Shown piece by piece: positions 29,117-41,410 of a DNA stretch of 64,000 nt (position 1 is its first letter; each line of letters begins with the position of its first letter). A program made the position numbers and the translations under genes. Under the pieces are notes generated by a model. It did not search any database, was not told the origin of the DNA, and saw only the letters and a list, made by a program, of their open reading frames with translations. Source of the stretch: Octopus vulgaris (taxonomy: Eukaryota); NCBI GenBank assembly GCA_951406725.2, contig OX597824.1, positions 70,928,001-70,992,000 of the forward strand. Reading direction: 5' to 3'.

Positions 29117-29432
29117 ACAGCAAAAAACGAAGACTGGAAAAATATTGTGCATTAAATTGATACCAAAAGTTTTTTTTTTTTCCAATCTCCTACTTTGGTA
29201 CATAATCACTTTGCAAAAATTATCTTCTAGAATTTTCAACTTTTATGCATACCTCACACAAATATAACAAATATACAACTTTGGAGTACTAGAATAAGCA
29301 GTTGTTCTTTAGGAAGACAAGCTTGGATTTTAACGTTATCTACATAATATATATATAGATATAGATATAATATATATATATATATCCTCCGTAATGTTTT
29401 TACATTACTGTCTACTGATATATATGTATGTG

Positions 29433-29476
<44 letters not shown>

Positions 29477-29655
29477 ACCGCGTGTGTACCGTTGGCGATT
29501 TTTTTCCTCTGTCTTCCCTTCTCTGGATCTTTCCTTCTCCTATGTTTCCGCCGAAGAGCTCCGCTCGAAACATTAAACCCTCCTTCTTTCCTGAGCATCC
29601 AATAATACTATATTTGTTCCACATCCTCGCATTGTTGTGTTTTTTTGTGCTTTAT

Positions 29656-29695
<40 letters not shown>

Positions 29696-29792
29696 TACAT
29701 ACATACATACATACATACATACATACATACATACATACATACATACATACATACATGTGTGTGTGAGTGTGTGAATATATATATATATATAT

Positions 29793-30127
29793 ATATGAAA
29801 GAAGATTTGAAAATGCAATTTTAAAAGATGTTTATTCACTTGACCGGTATCACTTTTTTAGAAAAAGATTGCCATAAGTAAAATGTAAAAGCTTTGTTGT
29901 CTTAAGTACTAGTTGTCACAAAATATTACAATACATATATACATGTATATATGTATATATGTATTGTAATAGAATGCATATATGTATTGTAATATTTTGT
30001 GACAACTAGTACTTAACACAACAAAGCTTTTACATGCTACTTTTCACAATCTTTTTCTAAAAAAGTGAAACCGGTATAGTGAACAAACACCTTTTAAAAT
30101 TGTATTTTCAAACGTTCTTTCATATAT
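29793..30127. repeat. Fold-back element with ~145-bp diverged inverted arms
   Basis: ATATGAAAGAA..TTGTCACAAAATATTACAATACATAT vs ATATGTATTGTAATATTTTGTGACAA..TTCTTTCATAT. Arms contain GA(A/T)ACCGGT(A/C), resembling a hammerhead 3' half. Confidence 0.85.
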
Positions 30128-30350
30128 ATTTCCACTTGTGCGGTATCTTACAACTTCACTTTGTTATATATATATATAGCACCCACTATACTCTCGGAGT
30201 GGTTGGCGTTAGGAAGGGCATCCAGCTGAGGAAACTCTGCCAAATCAAGATTGGAGACTGGTGCAACCATCTGGTTCGCCAGCCCTCAGTCAAAATCGTC
30301 CAACCCATGCTAGCATGGAAAGCGGACGTTAAACAATGATAATGATGATG

Positions 30351-30384
<34 letters not shown>

Positions 30385-31203
30385 CTTGTTTTAGTCATTG
30401 AGTGTGGCCATACTGGGGCACTGCCCTGAAGAATTTTAGTCAAATAAATCAACCCCAGTACTTACTTTTTTAAGCCTGTCACTTATTGTATCAGTCTCTT
30501 TTGTTGAACTGCTAAGTTACAGGAACATAAATACACTAACACCAGTTGTCAAACTGGTAGTGGCCAAAAAACCAACAGACATATATACATATGTACACCC
30601 TTCTTTCAGTTACTGTCTACCAAATACATACACAATGCTTTGACAGATAGCTACCCAAAGTGCCACGCAGTGGGACTGAACCTAGAACTATGTCGTTGGG
30701 AAGCAAGCTGCTTATCACACAGCCATGCCTATATAATATATATAAATATTGCCAAAGCATGTGCTAACTATATTATATGTAGCAAAACGAAAAATCTCAA
30801 TACAATGCATTACAATGGCATTGAAGATAATATTTCACTACAATAAAAATATATTTAAAAATGGACTCAAAAGATAGTTTCATCTCTCCAGAGTTTTCAG
30901 CAGGAAGCAATAAAAAATATACTGCAAAATCATTCAATATATAAAATTCAAAACTTTGAAAGAGATATGATTTCCTAAATATACCAAAGTATATTTCATA
31001 TTACAATCTCTTTACAGAAATAGTTATTAAAAGCAGAAGAACCTCAGAGAAAATTGGAATGTAAATAAATAAAATGGTAAATGGCATCAATACAATTACT
31101 GCATATGTATTTTTTCAGAATTTGCATTCATATGAAAGAAATCTATCCAAGAGAAAGTATTATTAATACTCCCTGCCTTATTTCTTATAAATGTATGCAT
31201 ATA

Positions 31204-31261
<58 letters not shown>

Positions 31262-31639
31262 TGTATGTATATGCTAAAAATTAATATAAACAGCTAGGCA
31301 TAACATAATACCATAAAGGAAAAATTTAAATGTCATTAAATGTGAGTGAGGTGCCAAAGCACCTACATTGCTAGAAATAAGAGTTAAAATCTCTTAATGT
31401 TGTAATAAGAGTGCAAGAATGTTCAGGCTAAATTGGATGACTTTTATGTCCCCTTTTATTAGGAACAGCTTCATGTATTGGTGAACAGCCAATGGTTTTT
31501 GACAGCATAAAGGTTAAAGTTGTAGTTGAAAATAGTTAACTCACATGAGGACAGGAAGCTATCTGAATATCAGAAAAGAGTCAACTGTATGTTGGTGATT
31601 CACACTATATATCACAATACTGACTGAAAATTGTAAAGG

Positions 31640-31975
31640 CAGTAAAATGTGTCCTACATATCATGAACACCAAGTACCCCCAAATTGTGATGGTCTTGGG
31701 ATGTGCCTCCAGTGAGGTTGACATCACGCTTCCCTGACATCTTTGAACAGTCTCAGGTTCCATTCAGATGGCTATGTTTAACTGCTGGAGACTGTCATCA
31801 TACCCTGGCTTGAGATGGTTGCTGCTTGAAGGCCATATGTGTGGCAGCAGGATTTAGCTCTTTGCCATACAACTAGAAAGGGTCAGAAGTGGCTGTCAAA
31901 GAATTTCCACAACTTCACCAGCCTCAATTTCTGGGCTCCTAATTCCTCCAGTTGTAATCCCATAGATTACTGTAA
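31640..31975 (+). mobile_element. Tc1/mariner-superfamily (DD37D/maT-like) transposase fragment
   Basis: IVMVLGCASSEVDI...IIPWLEMVAA*RPYVWQQDLALCHTTRKGQKWLSKNFHNFTSLNFWAPNSSSCNPIDY, matching WQQDxAPxH..WPPNSPDxNPxDY. Confidence 0.82.
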
Positions 31976-32675
31976 TCCATAGATTACAAATAAAAGAACA
32001 GCAACGTAATTCATTTTTTTTTTCATTTTTCATCTAGTTTCAGCTGTGGCCATGCTGGGGCACCACCATTCGGTGTTGCTACATGATTTTACTTCACGAA
32101 TGCTTTTTAGCAATTGACATTTGGTGCATGAGAGTTTGATGCAGCTGCCCTCATCTGCACCTCATCTGCTATACTTATATATAATATTTTCCAATATAGG
32201 CACAAGGCCTGAAATTTTGGGGTGGAGTACTCAATTACACTGACCCCAGTACTCCACTGATACTTAATTTTATTGACCCCCAAAAGAATGAAAAGCAACA
32301 CTGACCTCGGCAGTATTTCAGCTCAGAACATAAAGTCAGATGAAATGCTCTTAAGCATTTTATCCAGCATTGTTAATGAGTCTGCCAATTCACCGCCTTT
32401 ATAACTGTTTCTAATTTTGGCACAAGGCTAAAAATTTTGAGGGGAGAGGGCAAGTTGATCACACCAACCCCAGTGCTGGGCTGGCACTTTATTCTAAGGA
32501 TGAAAGTCAAAGTCAACCTTGGCAGAATTTGAACTCAGAACATGAAGATTTGAAAGAAATGCTGTTAAGCATTTTGTCTGGCATGCTAATGATTCCACCA
32601 GCTTGCTGCTCCTTTATATCTGAATATAATGAAAATATGTGTGATTATAATGTGTTATGGTTAGTGCAATAATGT

Positions 32676-32863
32676 CTATGAATGATACACTTTGACAATT
32701 TCTGTGATGTCTTTTCGACATATTGGACATCCATCCTGCTTGTTGAGAAGCATGTTTGAGCAAACATAACAAGTGACCATGTGATGACAAGGACAGAGCA
32801 GACAGTCCCGAGTGTTGGCCATACAGATGGCACAGTCTTGTTCGCTGCTAATGCATGGGATAC
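32676..32863 (-). CDS. Terminal coding exon G: C3HC4 RING finger (IAP/Neuralized-like zf-C3HC4_3 type), probable E3 ubiquitin ligase domain
   Basis: Acceptor ttttctcccacag|GT; stop TAG at 32678-32676. Encodes (G)IPCISSEQDCAICMANTRDCLLCPCHHMVTCYVCSNMLLNKQDGCPICRKDITEIVKVYHS*. Spacing is C-x2-C-x11-C-x-H-x3-C-x2-C-x10-C-x2-C, followed by Arg and a short hydrophobic C-terminal tail. Confidence 0.95.
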
Positions 32864-33019
32864 CTGTGGGAGAAAACAAATTTAAGAGAGCCTTAAATTT
32901 CATGTGATAACAACATTGATGAGAACAATGAAAATAAGAACATTAACACAAAAGGTAATAACGACACTGAGGATGTTTCATCATTTGTACATTGATGTTA
33001 TAGAGTCAACACACACACA

Positions 33020-33309
33020 CAGATACATTGTTGAAAGCCTGACAAACTGAAATATTTATCTGAAGATAACAACTATTATAGATATATAGTGTTAGAAACT
33101 GCAGAAATATATGAGTAGTAGATAAAAATTATACAGCAGCTGTTGTGACAGACACTCACACATAACTGTGTGTGTGTCTGTCACAACAGCTGCTGTATAA
33201 TTTTTATCTACTACTCATATATTTCTGCAGTTTCTAACACTATATATCTATAATAGTTGTTATCTTCAGATAAATATTTCAGTTTGTCAGGCTTTCAACA
33301 ATGTATCTG
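33020..33309. repeat. Near-perfect 290-bp palindrome in the last intron
   Basis: 143-bp arms with one mismatch and a 4-nt loop (TAAC, 33163-33166). Confidence 0.95.
33054..33112 (+). ncRNA. Hammerhead motif with U16.1>A substitution, probably inactive; mirrored on the minus strand at ~33217-33275
   Basis: ATTTAT-CTGAAGA-TAACAACTAT..ATAGTGTTA-GAAA-CTGCAG-AA-ATATAT. All core elements are present except the U of the NUH triplet. Confidence 0.62.
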
Positions 33310-33389
33310 CTCTAAGTATGATACACAGATTTCTATTTTGAACCAATACTGTTTCTATAACTCATAAGAAATTAATGTATATGTGAGTA

Positions 33390-33575
33390 AGGGCCGGATG
33401 GAAGACGTTTATTGTCATAAGGGATGTGCTCAAGAAAAGGTTGAACAGGACCACCTGCGCCAACCTCATCAATAGCACAGTTCTACCTGCAATGTTATAT
33501 GGTAGTGAAACATGGGCTACAACAAAGAGAGAAGAACAGAGATTGGTAACGGCTCAAAGAACCATGGAGAGGTCA
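33390..33575 (+). mobile_element. RTE-clade LINE RT C-terminal fragment
   Basis: RAGWKTFIVIRDVLKK..LINSTVLPAMLYGSETWATTKREEQRLVTAQRTMER; the LYGxETW motif is typical of RTE. Confidence 0.82.
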
Positions 33576-34049
33576 TATTGTACATATTTGCTCATTGAGG
33601 CAATTGTCAGGGAATTGAGTATTCAGCAAAGCATCGGCAAAGCCAATTATCAATGATCAAGAACAGGTCAGGTTATCAAATATGTAGCAGAACAGGAATA
33701 TTGCTGTTGTTTGCTGGACTACTGTGGTGTAAGGGAAAACACCCTATCCAGACTTCATTTACAATCATCAATAGCCAGGTACTATGTAAGGTTTATTGCA
33801 TCAATATTAGTAGGCTCTGGGTTTTCAGATGGACAGAAGGTCTTCAAGTGCACAGCAGCTATATAATACATCCCATCTTTAGTTAAGTGGCGTAGCTGTC
33901 AGTTTTAATACTGAGAGCAATTGAACATAAATGTAACCAAGAATATAGCCAGGGACTTAATTTCTATCTTTGGAAGACAATGCGTGTCATTTACACACAA
34001 AGACACACACATATACATATGTATGTATATATGTATATATACATATGTG

Positions 34050-34125
<76 letters not shown>

Positions 34126-34400
34126 TATACATGTGTACATATGAATATATATGTGCATATATATATATATACATGCATACAAACATTTATAAATATACAC
34201 ACACTTGCACACACACACACACACATTCACATGAGAAGAGCCCAGCTAAATATTAAATGCAGCATACTCAGATTAATAACTTAATAATGAGGTGGGGTCA
34301 AACGCTGGAAGGGATTAGAAACTGTCAAAAGCTTTGCAGCAGTAACGTTATAAGGATTAATATTATATCAGAGCTACAACAAATTTCTACATGTGTGTGT

Positions 34401-34491
<91 letters not shown>

Positions 34492-35481
34492 AGTCTCATG
34501 AAATATAGTGAGCTGTAATTAAGCTTGATTATCCTTGCAATTAAAGGACAAAATTTCCACTAGGGATGTTGAGAAACTAACCAACAAACAAAAAAAAAAT
34601 GGTGCTCTGTCAGTTACAATGACAAGGGCTCAAACTGATCCAATCAATGAAACAGTTTATCCATAAAATTAACATGCAAATGGCTGAGCACTCCACAGAT
34701 ACACATAAGCTTAATGTAGTACTCAGAGGGATTCAGCATGACACAGAATATAACAAGGCTGGCCCTTTGAATCACAGGTACTGCTCATTTTTGCCAGCTG
34801 AGTGGACTAGAGCAATGTGAAATAAAGAGCCTTGCTCAAAGACACAATGCAACACCAGAAACTGAACTCTCAAACTTTGCAATCATAAGCTGGATACACT
34901 AACCACTAAGCTATGTGCCTTCAGGTTCCCAGATTAACTGCCACCCAGGTCAACTTTGCCTTTCATCCCCATTTGTTTGATGAAATATCAGGTCATTCCA
35001 TAAGTTCTGTCTGAATTTTGAATAATGAAAACAAGTGATCAAATGTTATATTTAATTGAAATTTAATCATCAATGTACTTTCCCTGATTATCTATGACTT
35101 CCTTTCATGTATTTACAAGCTTTTTAATCCCATCAATGTAAAACCCTTTTGGTTTCAAAGCGAAGAACTCTGAAATCTCAATTTCGACCTCCTCCTGGCT
35201 TGTCAAAAGTTATGTCCCCCCCCCCCCCAATTGATTCTGTAAACTACGAAACAAATCGTAGTCTGAAGGAGCAAGGTTGGGAGAATAAGGTGGATGAGGA
35301 ATTTTTTCCCAATAAAGCTCTTCAATCTTCTGTGATGTGATCTTTGCAGTGTGGAATTATTATTATTCATTAAAACTAATGCCTCAACATGGCCACACAA
35401 AAATGACTGAAACAAGTAAAAAAAAAAAAAGGCAACAAAATAAATAGATATATAAATAAAATCCCTTCTTCAGTGCCTTAC

Positions 35482-35592
35482 CCTCAGCTTCATCTTGTGA
35501 AGGAGCTTCATTACCATCATGGGAAAGTTTTGGAACTGTTTTCTTAAATAAGTGTGTCATTCCAAATGAATTTTTGATCTGTTCTAGACGAA
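35482..35592 (-). CDS. Exon F (linker) of 3HCDH_N-RING gene
   Basis: Acceptor ctttcttcacag|TT, donor GAGG|gtaagg; 111 nt, phase 1 to 1. Encodes (L)RLEQIKNSFGMTHLFKKTVPKLSHDGNEAPSQDEAE. Confidence 0.82.
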
Positions 35593-35621
35593 CTGTGAAG
35601 AAAGCAATAATAATAATAATG

Positions 35622-35677
<56 letters not shown>

Positions 35678-35880
35678 CCTTTCTACCAAAGTCAGAAATT
35701 TTGGGGGGAGGAGGCTAAAATTAGATCATCCCTAATACGCAACAGGTACTTAATTTATCGACCCCAAAAGGATGAAAGACAAAGTCAGCCTTGATGGAAT
35801 TTGAACGCAGAATATAACGACAGACGAAATTCCACTAAGCATTTCACCCAGCGTGCTAACGATTCTGCCAGCTCACTGCC

Positions 35881-35923
<43 letters not shown>

Positions 35924-35926
35924 TAA

Positions 35927-36483
35927 ATGCCCTGATGCAGTACCAGGCAGTGGCTCTCATGGCTTCTGATCTTAACTGATTGGAAGTGTCATCATGTACA
36001 TTGTTTTGTCTTGGTATAAAAGATGGGCTACAGCAAATATTCTGCTCAATACCACAGATTTGCTTGTCAGTTGTTTGACCTTAACCAGTTCAACATATCC
36101 CTTAGTGGCTGACGATATGTGCATCTCTGATCACAAGCAAAAGTAGTGGGGGAGCATCATAGCCATGTGTTGAGAGGGATTCTTTGGGGTTTGAATAATT
36201 CACCTCTGGAAACATGGGTGGTTCTTTCAACATCCTTAAACAACCCTTATTCAGGGACCTTTTGAGCGGGATGGGCTACTCGACCTGAAGAAAATTCTAA
36301 CTGGGCCCCACCTGCAAGGTCATGTGCTGTTTACCTTGATATGAGATCACCATGTCGCGCACATATGGTTGTGATGCATGTGCCTGGTGTACCCTTATCA
36401 GATGAGTAGTCATGATGGGTATATTGGGCTTCGTATATTTTACCCCAGTGTCACTTTGATGGCATGAACTGCTCTCTCACTCA
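35927..36483 (+). mobile_element. ~555-bp non-coding interspersed element in (TAA)n, copy 2
   Basis: ATGCCCTGATGCAGTACCA ... CTGCTCTCTCACTCAATAATAAT; same ends as copy 1. Confidence 0.85.
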
Positions 36484-36888
36484 ATAATAATAATAATACT
36501 CTTTTACTTGTTTCAGTCATTTGACTGTGGCCATGCTGGAGCACCACCTTTAGTTGAGAAAATCGTCTCCAGGACTTATTCTTTGTAAGCCTAGTACTTA
36601 GTTTATCGGTCTCTTTTGCCGAACTGCTAAGATACGGGGATGTAACACACCAGCATCAGTTGTCAAGCAATGTCAGGTGGACAAACTCAGATATATACAC
36701 ACACACATACATATATATATACATATATATAAGACGGGCTTCTTTCAGTTTTCGTCTACCAAATCCACTCACAAGGCTTTGGTCAGCCCAAGGCTATAGT
36801 AGAAGACACTCGGCTAAGGTGCCACGCAATAGGACTGAACCCGGAACCATGTGGTTGGTAAGCAAGCTACTTACCACGCAGCCACTCC

Positions 36889-36937
<49 letters not shown>

Positions 36938-38631
36938 TAATCCTTTCTATTATAGGCCCAAGGCCTGAAATTTTGGAGGAGGGGACTTGTTGTTTACGTG
37001 ATTACATCGACCCCAATGTTTCACTGGTACAAAATCTGTCAACACCAAAAGGATGAAAGGCAAAGCCAACCTTGGCAGAATTTGAACTCAGAACATAATG
37101 ATAGGCAAAATACCACTAAGCATTTCGTCCAGCATGCTAACAATTCTGTTTTGAATTTTGGCACAGGGCCGGTAATTTTTCAGGAAAGAGGGAAGTCAAT
37201 TACATCGACCCCAGAACTTGATTGGTACTTGCTGTTGAGCATTTTGTCTAGCATGCTAATGATTCTGCCAGGCCAAACAGATTAGGGAAACAGGATAGTC
37301 AACTACATCAAACTCCCATCATCACCCAACAAGTATTTATTTTATTGACCAAAGAAGAATAGTTTTAAATCTTGGCACAAGGCCAGCAGTTTTGAGAAGA
37401 GATGGCTAGTCACTACTATCAATACCAGCACTTGACTGGTAGTTTATTTTATTGACCCTGGAAAGATGAAAGGCAAAGTTGACCTCAGCAGAATTTGAAC
37501 TTAGGAATTAAGGACCTAGAAGAAATGTCGCTGAGCAGTTTTGTCAGACATGTTAATAATTCTGCTATGATACCAGTTTTTATTTTATGCATAAGGCCAG
37601 CAGTCTTCAGAGAAGGATGTTAGTCAATTAGACTGACCCTGCTACTACTAGACTAATATTTTAATTTATTGACCCTGAACGGATAAAAGGCAAGATTGAC
37701 CTCAGTAACATTTGAACTCAGAACGTAAAGCTGAAAAATAATAGCAAGGATAATGGCAATGAAGATGATAATGACGACAATTTCTTATTTCTTTGTTGCC
37801 CACAGGGGGCTAGACATAGAGGAGACAAACAAGGACAGACAGAGGGATTAAGTCGATTACATCGACCCCAGTGTGTAACTACTACTTAATTTCTCAACCC
37901 CGAAAGGATGAAAGGCAAAGTCGACCTTGGTGGAATTTGAACTCAGAACGTAAAAACAGACGAAATACCACTAAGCATTTCGCCCGGCAGGCTAATGTTT
38001 CTGCCAGCTCGCCACCTTTATGATGACAATTTCTAACATACTAACATCATCATCATCATTTAACATCCATTTTCCATGCTGGTATGGTTTGGAAGGCTTG
38101 ACAGGAACTGGTGTGGCCAGAGGTCACACCAGGTTCCATAGTCTGTTTTAGCTTGGCCGCTACAGCTGGATGCCCTTCTGAATACCAACCACACCACAGA
38201 ATGTACTGGGTGCTTTTCATGTGGCATCACTAGTTCTTTTTACTTGGCACTAGCACCCACACAAATGCATTTTATGTGGCACCCTGGTTTTAGGATTTCA
38301 ATTCTGTTGTGGTGGGCATGTCTTTCCAAGTACAGTAATGCACTAAATAGCTTGGTCTTGTCATCTACTTCATAAGGTTCAGCATCTTAAGGCTTCTTTG
38401 AATGGGTGAGGTGATTGACCAATTTCATTGACATTAGTAGTCTACCAGTACATATTTAAGCACCCCACCTCCCAAACTGAGGAAACACAATCTCAGAACC
38501 AGTAGATCTTGAACTTAATGAACTCATTGTAAGAAATATGTATATCTAAATGCCATAAAAGGCATTACATCTAAAACACTAACATATCAGGCAATCAGCC
38601 AATAGTTTCGAATGTTGAAATCATGAATTAC

Positions 38632-38730
38632 GTTGTTTTCTCGTTTCCTTTTCCTCTTCCTTAAGAATCAATGGTTCATTGCCAGATCTGAAGAATAATG
38701 TCTTCCCCATTTTCTCCAAGAACTTTCTTC
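38632..38730 (-). CDS. Exon E of 3HCDH_N-RING gene
   Basis: Acceptor tttgcatttgacag|GA, donor AAC|gtaatt; 99 nt, phase 1 to 1; only this frame is open. Encodes (G)RKFLEKMGKTLFFRSGNEPLILKEEEKETRKQ. MGKT marks the end of the NAD-binding domain, followed by a charged linker. Confidence 0.88.
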
Positions 38731-39032
38731 CTGTCAAATGCAAAGAAAACATAACTTGTTATAAGCATTCTATTTGTTTTATATGTATGTATATATATAT
38801 GTGTGTGTGTGTGTGTGTTTGCATGTATATATATGAGTGCTTATGCATGTGCATATGTATATAGATATGTGAGTGTATATATATATATATATATGAATAT
38901 TTGAGTAGTTGAATGAATTATCTTGTTATGGATAATTCGGTTAACCAATACCTGGGTAGCAAATTCACAGTAGAGAAGACACGTTTGAAGTTACGTGCTT
39001 TCGTGTGGAAATTTGTATGTTTTTTTTTTTAA

Positions 39033-39297
39033 ATATAAATATATGAAAGAATGGAGTTGAACGACAAATTAACAAAATTCCTTTATTTTCGACTATGGGC
39101 TCCGTGTGAGCAGTCATCTAAAAGTTTTTTGTGCATCTTGATGTTGACATAAGTTCCTTGCTTTTCCTGATGAGAAAGCGGCATAATATACTCCTTATTC
39201 CTTCGCAATTAGGAATATGCAGCCTTCGAAACATATGTCGAAAATAAAGGAATTTTGTTAATTCGTCGTTCAACTCCATTCTTTCATATATTTATAT
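39033..39297. mobile_element. 265-bp fold-back element with ~61-bp inverted arms and an intact hammerhead
   Basis: 39033-39093 is the reverse complement of 39237-39297 with 1 mismatch. Confidence 0.9.
39162..39244 (+). ncRNA. Type I hammerhead ribozyme, intact core
   Basis: TTTTC-CTGATGA-[stem II GAAAGCGGCAT...TATTCCT/AGGAATA...TGCAGCCTTC]-GAAA-CATATG-TC^GAAAA. Stem I is 5 bp and perfect, stem III is palindromic, GUC cleavage site at 39239. Confidence 0.88.
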
Positions 39298-39525
39298 ATA
39301 TATATGTATATATATGAGTGTGTGTATGTATATATATATGTGTGTGTGTGTATAGGTGTAGGAGTGGCTGTGTGGTAAGTAGCTTGCTTACAAACCACAT
39401 GGTTCCGGATTCAGTCCCACTGCGTGGCACCTTGGGCAAGTATCTTCTACTATAGCCTCGGTGTGACCAAAGCCTTGTGAGTGGATTTGGTAGACGGAAA
39501 CTGAAAGAAGCCAGTTGTATATACA

Positions 39526-39882
39526 CATAGCAAGTGACCTGATCTGAGATTGTGTGCTGGAACAAAAACAATTGCAGCATGGAAGGTATTTGTAAGCCAT
39601 TTAAGAAACACACAAAAACCGTTAAATTCACTTCAACATTTAAATTTAATTTGCCAAAATATTTTCGTCACTTTGAGACCGTGACCTGTTCACTGACAAA
39701 ATTCCGTGCTGCATCTGAACAGGTGGTGGTCTCAAAGCGTCAAAAATATTTTGGCAAATTAAATTTAAATGCTGAAGTGAATTTAACGGTTTTTGTGTGT
39801 TTCTTAAATGGCTTATAAACACCTTCCATGCTGCAATTGTTTTTGTTCCAGCACACGATTTCAGATCAGGTCACTTGCTATG
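39526..39882. repeat. Fold-back element with ~165-bp inverted arms and a ~22-bp spacer
   Basis: CATAGCAAGTGACCTGATCTGA..CCTGTTCA vs TGAACAGG..TCAGATCAGGTCACTTGCTATG. Confidence 0.9.
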
Positions 39883-39895
39883 CAAGTACATCTCC

Positions 39896-39941
<46 letters not shown>

Positions 39942-40849
39942 GGGCTTCTTTCAGTTTCCATCTACCAAACCCACTCACAAGACTTTGTTCAGCCCGAGAC
40001 TATAGTAGAAGACACTTGCCCAAGGTGCCATGCAGTGGACTTGCTTTTTATCTTGTTGATACTTGATAAACTCACTAGGGCTGTGCCACAATAAAACACA
40101 TGCAGTGCACTCTGTAAAGGCAATTGGTAAATGTGTGGAGACAACACAAAGTTAAGAGGACCCTTTCAGTTCAGTCTTATCTTGGGGACATGACAGCTTC
40201 TTCAATGTTGGTACTAGGATAAAATAAATCTTAGTATGCTTAGTAAAATTGTTACTAATAGGAGGGGCATCCAATTGTAGAAACCATAGAACCATGCCAA
40301 AATAAAAGGTAATGAGCAAGATGTGGTCACTGACACATATAGGCGAGCAGTATTTCCAAACAAGAACTGACTTGCACTCGATGGCCCATCCAGTCCATAC
40401 CAACATGGAAAGTAAATTTGTGAAATGATAAGGAGGAGAGAGAGAAGCCGGGGGGGGGGGATGAAGAGGAAAAGCAGGAGGGAGAGAGGCAAGAGTGGAA
40501 GCAGAGTTGAGGTGGAATGGGGGTGAGGTGGGACTAGGAGGAGGAAAAGAGGGAGGGGAAGGGGAAGGAAGGGAATAGGTTGTGGAAGAGGTGGAGGTCA
40601 TAATGAAGACTGCTGAGGGAATATGGTTTTATCCACACATATATAGTCATGAATTCACAACAGATTATAATTTTTTTTTTCTATTTTTCAAAGAAGTTTT
40701 TATTGCTACATTGTCAACACGTCACCAACAGGTTAAGTGACAAGCATAGAAATGAAATACCTCCGCCATTCTTGAAGCAAACAATTGACTGCTATTGAAA
40801 ATAGAAAGAATTATGCTAGAAACGTGACTGAAACTTGTTGTGGCCTTAC

Positions 40850-40946
40850 CTTTTTCAATAGTTTCGGGTGAAGTCTGCTGGCTCAGAGTGATCTCAACTT
40901 CAGGTATATAATAGACAGGATATAAAAACCTTAAACCAATCATTTG
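40850..40946 (-). CDS. Exon D of 3HCDH_N-RING gene
   Basis: Acceptor ctttctttcaaag|CAA, donor AAG|gtaagg; 97 nt, phase 0 to 1. Encodes QMIGLRFLYPVYYIPEVEITLSQQTSPETIEK, which aligns with the family GLHFFNPxxxMxLVEV...TSxET motif. Confidence 0.92.
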
Positions 40947-41356
40947 CTTTGAAAGAAAGTAAAAGAAATATGTGAAAACATAAACAAAAGGTTGATATTT
41001 ACTGAACATATTAAATCTGGTCAACATTCCATTGCAATTTATGTCTTCCAATAAACGTCAGTTATGTATATGAGTTGTTCTTTGAATGAGTTTAATTTTA
41101 AATCAGATTAAATGATTATCTTCATTTATACATATAAGATTCTGATTTAATTTTTTTTAATTGATTAAATTAAGATCTTTTTTTAATTCCCCACATTGTC
41201 ATATTTGAAAGACTATTAATGTAAATGTATATATATATACATATATGATATATATGTATGCATATATAGATGTGTGTGTATGTGTGTGTGCGTATAGATA
41301 CACAAGTAAGCAAATACATCCACCCTCACACATATACAATTATAGACATGTGTATG

Positions 41357-41410
<54 letters not shown>

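Noticed and set aside
40760-40791. Possible 28/31-nt exon (ag|CAGTCAATTG...GGCGGAG|gtattt) between exons D and E
   Set aside because: Not a multiple of three, creates a stop in exon E, and needs a ~58-nt intron. At most a poison exon; no support from sequence alone.
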